In this document: piece after piece, positions 60,601-64,000 of the stretch
Layout: each line of letters opens with the position of its first letter
Position numbering within the stretch: position 1 is the stretch's first letter
Source: Minisyncoccota bacterium
Lineage (GTDB): Bacteria; Patescibacteriota; Minisyncoccia; Phycocordibacterales; DAORIS01
Reading direction: 5' to 3'
Assembly (NCBI GenBank): GCA_035438625.1
Contig: DAORIS010000004.1
Location: forward strand, 7,497-71,496
DNA: 64,000 nucleotides
The notes under the pieces: generated by a model
What the model saw: the letters and a program-made list of their open reading frames with translations, nothing else
What the model was told of the DNA's origin: nothing
Databases searched by the model: none
Program-made: the position numbers and the translations under genes

Positions 60601-62324
60601 AAAAATCTTACTTCAGGAGATGAATACACTGTATCGTCTGTACCTACAAGTTTTACTCTAATACCTCCAGTTTCAACGTTTGGAAGATATTTAAATACCA
60701 CCTTAGTAACTAACCCATCGGTAACGGTTGCTGCAGTTCGACACATCCTGCTTCCATCAATCGTACAGTCAACAACAGAATCAAATACTGTAACGCGGCA
60801 TTCTGTTGCACCAAATGGGTACGAACAACTGCCCGCTGACTCAACAAGACCTGCCTTGTTTGCTACATATGCTAGATGAGCCCCTGCCGAAACTCCAGTT
60901 TTTAGCGTAGGATTTATCGCACCATATCCATACTGTCCACAATCAAGTGAGTTGTACGGTGCAACCAGATCAATGTCCGCTGACGTGCACGGAGCTGTTG
61001 AGACAGTATCGTCACCCCCAACTCTTTTAATCAATATCTGCCCTCCCGTTGCAGTTTGTCCGGTTCCGCTTACAGCAATGTTTACAAGTGTAACCTTGTC
61101 GTTTGATACCGGAACTTCAACCTCATATGTAGAACCAGTGTCGGTATATGTGGCGGTGATATTTGGCGTACATGAAGAGCCTCCTCTATTTGCCTGACAA
61201 TACTTAACTGACAAAAGTGTTTCGCCGTTATATGGTTCATTGAATTCAATGGTAGTTGATCCGATTACAACATTCTCGTACTCAACAGGATTGGGCCAAT
61301 CCCAGTTAGTGTTCGTGCCTATAATATGCGGGTACAATTCCATCTCTGGCAATAAATTTCCGGTATTATCAACAGTTGAAATTCGCAAGTCACCAGATGT
61401 CTGCAAGTATTTAAAACCAACTTTTGTTACCGTATTTCCGTACACAGGAACAATTGCATATGTATACGTATATTGACCATAATATGTTTCAGCACCTTGT
61501 TCTGTTGTGTGCGTGTAATCTGTTACCGTACAACTGTTACCGTTTACTGGATAAGTACAGTATCCCGCAACAACAACATACCCCTGAACATTCCTTGTGC
61601 CGGCAAAACGAGTTGTTGGGGAAAAAATTCCTGAAGCCTGCACAGGATTTTGCTGTGATGCATTATCCATGTTCATTGGATGATCCACGATTCTCTCTAT
61701 GGGCGCTACGGACGCTGACGGGTACCCAGAACCATTTCCTTCGTCAATATATGGAGCGGAAGTTATAGTTCCATTTTGCCCATATCGAAATATTTCAACT
61801 TCACCCAAAGACACAGGTGTATATTTGAATACTACTTTTGTTACATATCCAACCTGTAACTGAAAATCAGTAGTATACACATAGTAATTAGTGCCGACAC
61901 CGTTTGATCCACCAAATGTAGTACTCGATGCAACAGAAAATGTTGATGGATAGCATTCCGATCCATTTATTGGATACACGCAGATTCCAAACATTTCTAC
62001 ATACGACGAGAGATCCTGTGATTGCGCTTGATAATTTCTCTTATCTGGGTCAATTGGGTTTTGATATACCTCAAGGTTTTCATATACATTAGGATTGGCA
62101 AATGACGTAATGTTATTTCCATTTCCAGTAAGCGAGTCTCCATTTATACCAGAGTACGCATTTACTCCACCTGGCGCTTGCGGTGCCGATGTTACCGTAT
62201 CGTCAAATCCCACTCGTACAACAGTAATATTTCCCGTTCCAGAATACGCCTGAACAGTATCTGCCCCTAAAGAACCAAACAATGACACGACTGCAACCAC
62301 AAAAAATAAATATACTTTCTTCAT
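57687..62324 (-). CDS. Large secreted Cys-rich repeat protein, putative adhesin
   Basis: Signal peptide and about nine 110-150 aa repeats G.I.V.RVG.D.TV..AP...NP...G.C.YP.G..EC....F...C...V..G..TKVVFKY. Confidence 0.8.
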   Translation of the reverse strand: MKKVYLFFVVAVVSLFGSLGADTVQAYSGTGNITVVRVGFDDTVTSAPQAPGGVNAYSGINGDSLTGNGNNITSFANPNVYENLEVYQNPIDPDKRNYQAQSQDLSSYVEMFGICVYPINGSECYPSTFSVASSTTFGGSNGVGTNYYVYTTDFQLQVGYVTKVVFKYTPVSLGEVEIFRYGQNGTITSAPYIDEGNGSGYPSASVAPIERIVDHPMNMDNASQQNPVQASGIFSPTTRFAGTRNVQGYVVVAGYCTYPVNGNSCTVTDYTHTTEQGAETYYGQYTYTYAIVPVYGNTVTKVGFKYLQTSGDLRISTVDNTGNLLPEMELYPHIIGTNTNWDWPNPVEYENVVIGSTTIEFNEPYNGETLLSVKYCQANRGGSSCTPNITATYTDTGSTYEVEVPVSNDKVTLVNIAVSGTGQTATGGQILIKRVGGDDTVSTAPCTSADIDLVAPYNSLDCGQYGYGAINPTLKTGVSAGAHLAYVANKAGLVESAGSCSYPFGATECRVTVFDSVVDCTIDGSRMCRTAATVTDGLVTKVVFKYLPNVETGGIRVKLVGTDDTVYSSPEVRFFVDTQDITTNPTTLATQSVGSHVVGAKDNPISSEMAGTCTYAIGQSECSVTSFPLVPTCGLTQVSQDRFCSLPITVTQGRITKVVFKYVPSSTQVSGTNGEILIKRVGSSDTVATAPATTSFNTAWVTDGVKVSTVGLDVFHLVNVDRNPTVFTDLKEGDYSVFATDVAGYNEMVGTCTYPRGGSECSVTTFNETPVCSYVSEFDGSEPDQPYDRGCFVKASVTPGTVTKVVYKYTSGSNTTNSPTATLKVNKYVNGNLSSDGNTGYELKPIITGSDYFDRPSFTDSTRTFSGMSPGYRTILARSIIEGNDFYIKSYKVTAGYCLHVTGSPECTPTTFVDMACGNPVMYKQGNGFSGYYTTTVADPDKCSQTVEFRNGYTTRVDLKYIINNGNVKVYQVDANGTTTGVTAQKVSLNSSANQYGVTDNPAFFASTTAGQNVLYFMSSSPTAVVGTCEFTPGSPTECPVVSYNTSASCTQINNSDVRYECTAPVNVMAGMTTRVQFRAATFDYSMSVSYPAVKVTRGYETSNKVKLTSVSGTASAVSIAISGLPSGATVVGTATSCSPRCEIGLLISTLASTPVGTYQIEIVGQPLNKITTFELEVTAEQTAVLRVCNMIFNGNSPVANNNALPEGTSTMKIGTGYNIDGSLVSTFNFLTSAHVPNERFILPGNDDARCQTLNNQPYRRYTYSQAAVTAALGVKGYTDQFTVPLTSAAGLFPYSGQLFDADPNNDVLRNMEADGEVTYAPDTVQRTIVFGTESVSSGSGEIMVRRGGVNGSAANAPSGTQAKLATGAAVSSNPATFSRVGVGSQVVYATDVAGYTEEAGSCLHDEDDLNGCEPTTYTTATCSAGFCAHTATVGVNQITRTVFRYIPSTSANICSVRVSPTSPEAGQNVTWTVQPNVDGNYTYTWDGDATCGTAPGTSACRTINGSYTTGQSISKTARVYSAGSQVASCVSATVYITEPSYIEI

Positions 62325-62361
62325 GAGTTCTTATATTATGAAGCTAAGTATACCAACTAAC

Positions 62362-63546
62362 CTAGTTTTTCGGAGCACTGAATCCCACACATGTATAGGT
62401 GCCACCAGCAACAGCTTGTCGTACTGCATCATAGTTATCATAGTTTTCTTGGTCTTTATGGCAAATCATTTCAGCAGAAGGTTCTGGATTTCCAAGTCTA
62501 TATGAACAACTTGTATTAGGGTCTCCATCAGTACAGTATGGGTTGGACTGACCGTCAGTACGAACTTCATTTTGCGTAAACGGCTCGAGAAAATCGAAAT
62601 CTTCTTCAGTTAATACATACCTAACCCAAATCTCTTGCAGTGGATCGAGTGGTTCTATTTTTATCGTTGCAGGTCGAGAAACAGTTGAAGGCCTGGAAAA
62701 TTGATACCAGGATCCTGAGTTCCACCCTGATACAGGGTCAGGTTCACCAGCTGAACCAAGACGGGTACGATGAGGAATATATACATCTCCTGTATATCCC
62801 CACTCAAAACATCTTGTCTCAAGTCTACAGCTGGGGTTAGTAGCTAAAAATTCAGTTACCATTTCTGGACTTATTATCTCCTCATTATTTTCAGTCTCAG
62901 CATTCATCCAATCAGGAAGGTCCCCCTCATCATCACAGCGAATACCATAGGCATTAATTGTAATCAATTGCTCATTAGGAATTCCTGTCACATCTGGTGG
63001 CGGATTAACACCTTCACACGCTGAGTATGAATCGGGCGTATACGCTACCTCAACTGTTCTTTCTACTCGTAACAACCTAGTTAAGTCTCTGGTGTTGTGC
63101 CCGGAAGATTTAATTGTTGTCCTACCTGACTGCTGGCTTTTATAAATAACAACTTCTGCAGATGGATCTGTCTGGCCCGTTGACACATTAACCGCTAGAT
63201 TTCGAACTTCACACGTCTCTAGTGTGGCATTTGGGCATTGAGTGTCACCTGGATCAGAGAAGTTAATTGTGTACCCACCACATTGAATACTTCCACTAGA
63301 TGAAAGAAAAGCATTATTTTTAATATCAAAATATTTTGCACACTCCATTCCGGAGTCAGCAGCATAGAACGCAGACTGCGATTCCCTGCCAAGACCACTC
63401 ACTCCTGTCTGGCGAGCCGCGAAACCTAAAACACTTGTACCAATCGCAAGCATAAAACCACCAATTAGAATACCGAATAGCAACGTGAACCCTTGATTAT
63501 TCTGTATTGAACCAAAAGAACGATTCCAACCTATGAAGCTTTCCAT
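62362..63546 (-). CDS. PilX-like minor pilin with a Cys-rich C-terminal domain
   Basis: QGFTLLFGIL and RESQSAFYAADSGMECA. Confidence 0.8.
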   Translation of the reverse strand: MESFIGWNRSFGSIQNNQGFTLLFGILIGGFMLAIGTSVLGFAARQTGVSGLGRESQSAFYAADSGMECAKYFDIKNNAFLSSSGSIQCGGYTINFSDPGDTQCPNATLETCEVRNLAVNVSTGQTDPSAEVVIYKSQQSGRTTIKSSGHNTRDLTRLLRVERTVEVAYTPDSYSACEGVNPPPDVTGIPNEQLITINAYGIRCDDEGDLPDWMNAETENNEEIISPEMVTEFLATNPSCRLETRCFEWGYTGDVYIPHRTRLGSAGEPDPVSGWNSGSWYQFSRPSTVSRPATIKIEPLDPLQEIWVRYVLTEEDFDFLEPFTQNEVRTDGQSNPYCTDGDPNTSCSYRLGNPEPSAEMICHKDQENYDNYDAVRQAVAGGTYTCVGFSAPKN

Positions 63547-63563
63547 GTGCCACTATTATCTCA

Positions 63564-64000
63564 CTACAATGCTTGAGCAGCTAGTGCGACAAGCACAATA
63601 CCCAAAAAGTTCATTGTAAAAGATACGGGGACCAACACCTTAATATGCATCCGTGATAACCCCATCATCGCCAGCCCGATCTCATCGGGTAACGGAGACG
63701 CGATCACGAGCGCCCCGAGGAATGGAATTAGAAAGCGGAAAATCCTCAGTTTAAACAGTCGCTGCAACTTACTTAACTGTGTGTCACGAATCAACTCCAT
63801 AATGTCTTCGGCAAGACTATCTCTAATAAAGAGAAACAAGATAAGATCTCCCACCACCGCACCGAGTGCCCCCCAAAATGCCACAGTTAACAGTGATGTT
63901 TGCTGCGCAATTTCTGCCAACGCAACCGAGGCGGGTGCAATCGTGAATAGCGACGTAAAAAATATTCCCGCGGTAAAACTACTCAAAACATAGAGTTCTT
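63564..64000 (-). CDS. Hypothetical membrane protein, 5' end outside the window
   Basis: AGIFFTSLFTIAPA...GDLILF...IASPLPDEIGL, multi-TM. Confidence 0.75.
   Translation of the reverse strand, partial: ELYVLSSFTAGIFFTSLFTIAPASVALAEIAQQTSLLTVAFWGALGAVVGDLILFLFIRDSLAEDIMELIRDTQLSKLQRLFKLRIFRFLIPFLGALVIASPLPDEIGLAMMGLSRMHIKVLVPVSFTMNFLGIVLVALAAQAL

Overview
Chromosomal segment of a reduced-genome bacterium, most likely Patescibacteria/Parcubacteria (CPR). This is inferred from a stand-alone intron-bearing 23S rRNA gene, rplK and rplJL without an adjacent rplA, homodimeric GlyRS, IleRS with a histidine-phosphatase insert, a type IV pilus cluster and several CPR-style hypothetical proteins. Almost all genes lie on the minus strand. 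The 23S gene (about 62-4054, minus) carries three ORF-less group I introns at E. coli-equivalent positions L2593, L2262 and L1931. The most striking observation is in the L1931 intron (1703-2023). Its group I core and internal guide sequence are intact, but the guanosine-binding G-C pair of P7 is replaced by A-U and the terminal omega-G is a U, which suggests a natural group I ribozyme with switched nucleotide specificity. All three introns also carry a second, long 5'-exon-binding strand in addition to the IGS. Other observations: a boxA-like 19-mer shared by the 23S leader and the long structured leader of an S-layer-like gene; a terminator/antiterminator switch in the 23S leader; a putative ECF-sigma regulon (GTAAG-N15/16-CGTCA); a cluster of TGTCYTTTA repeats in and upstream of an HTH gene; many apparently leaderless genes; a truncated low-GC SpvB/RHS-type gene; and a 1545-aa Cys-repeat secreted protein in the pilus locus. 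All calls come from reading the sequence by eye; no searches were run.
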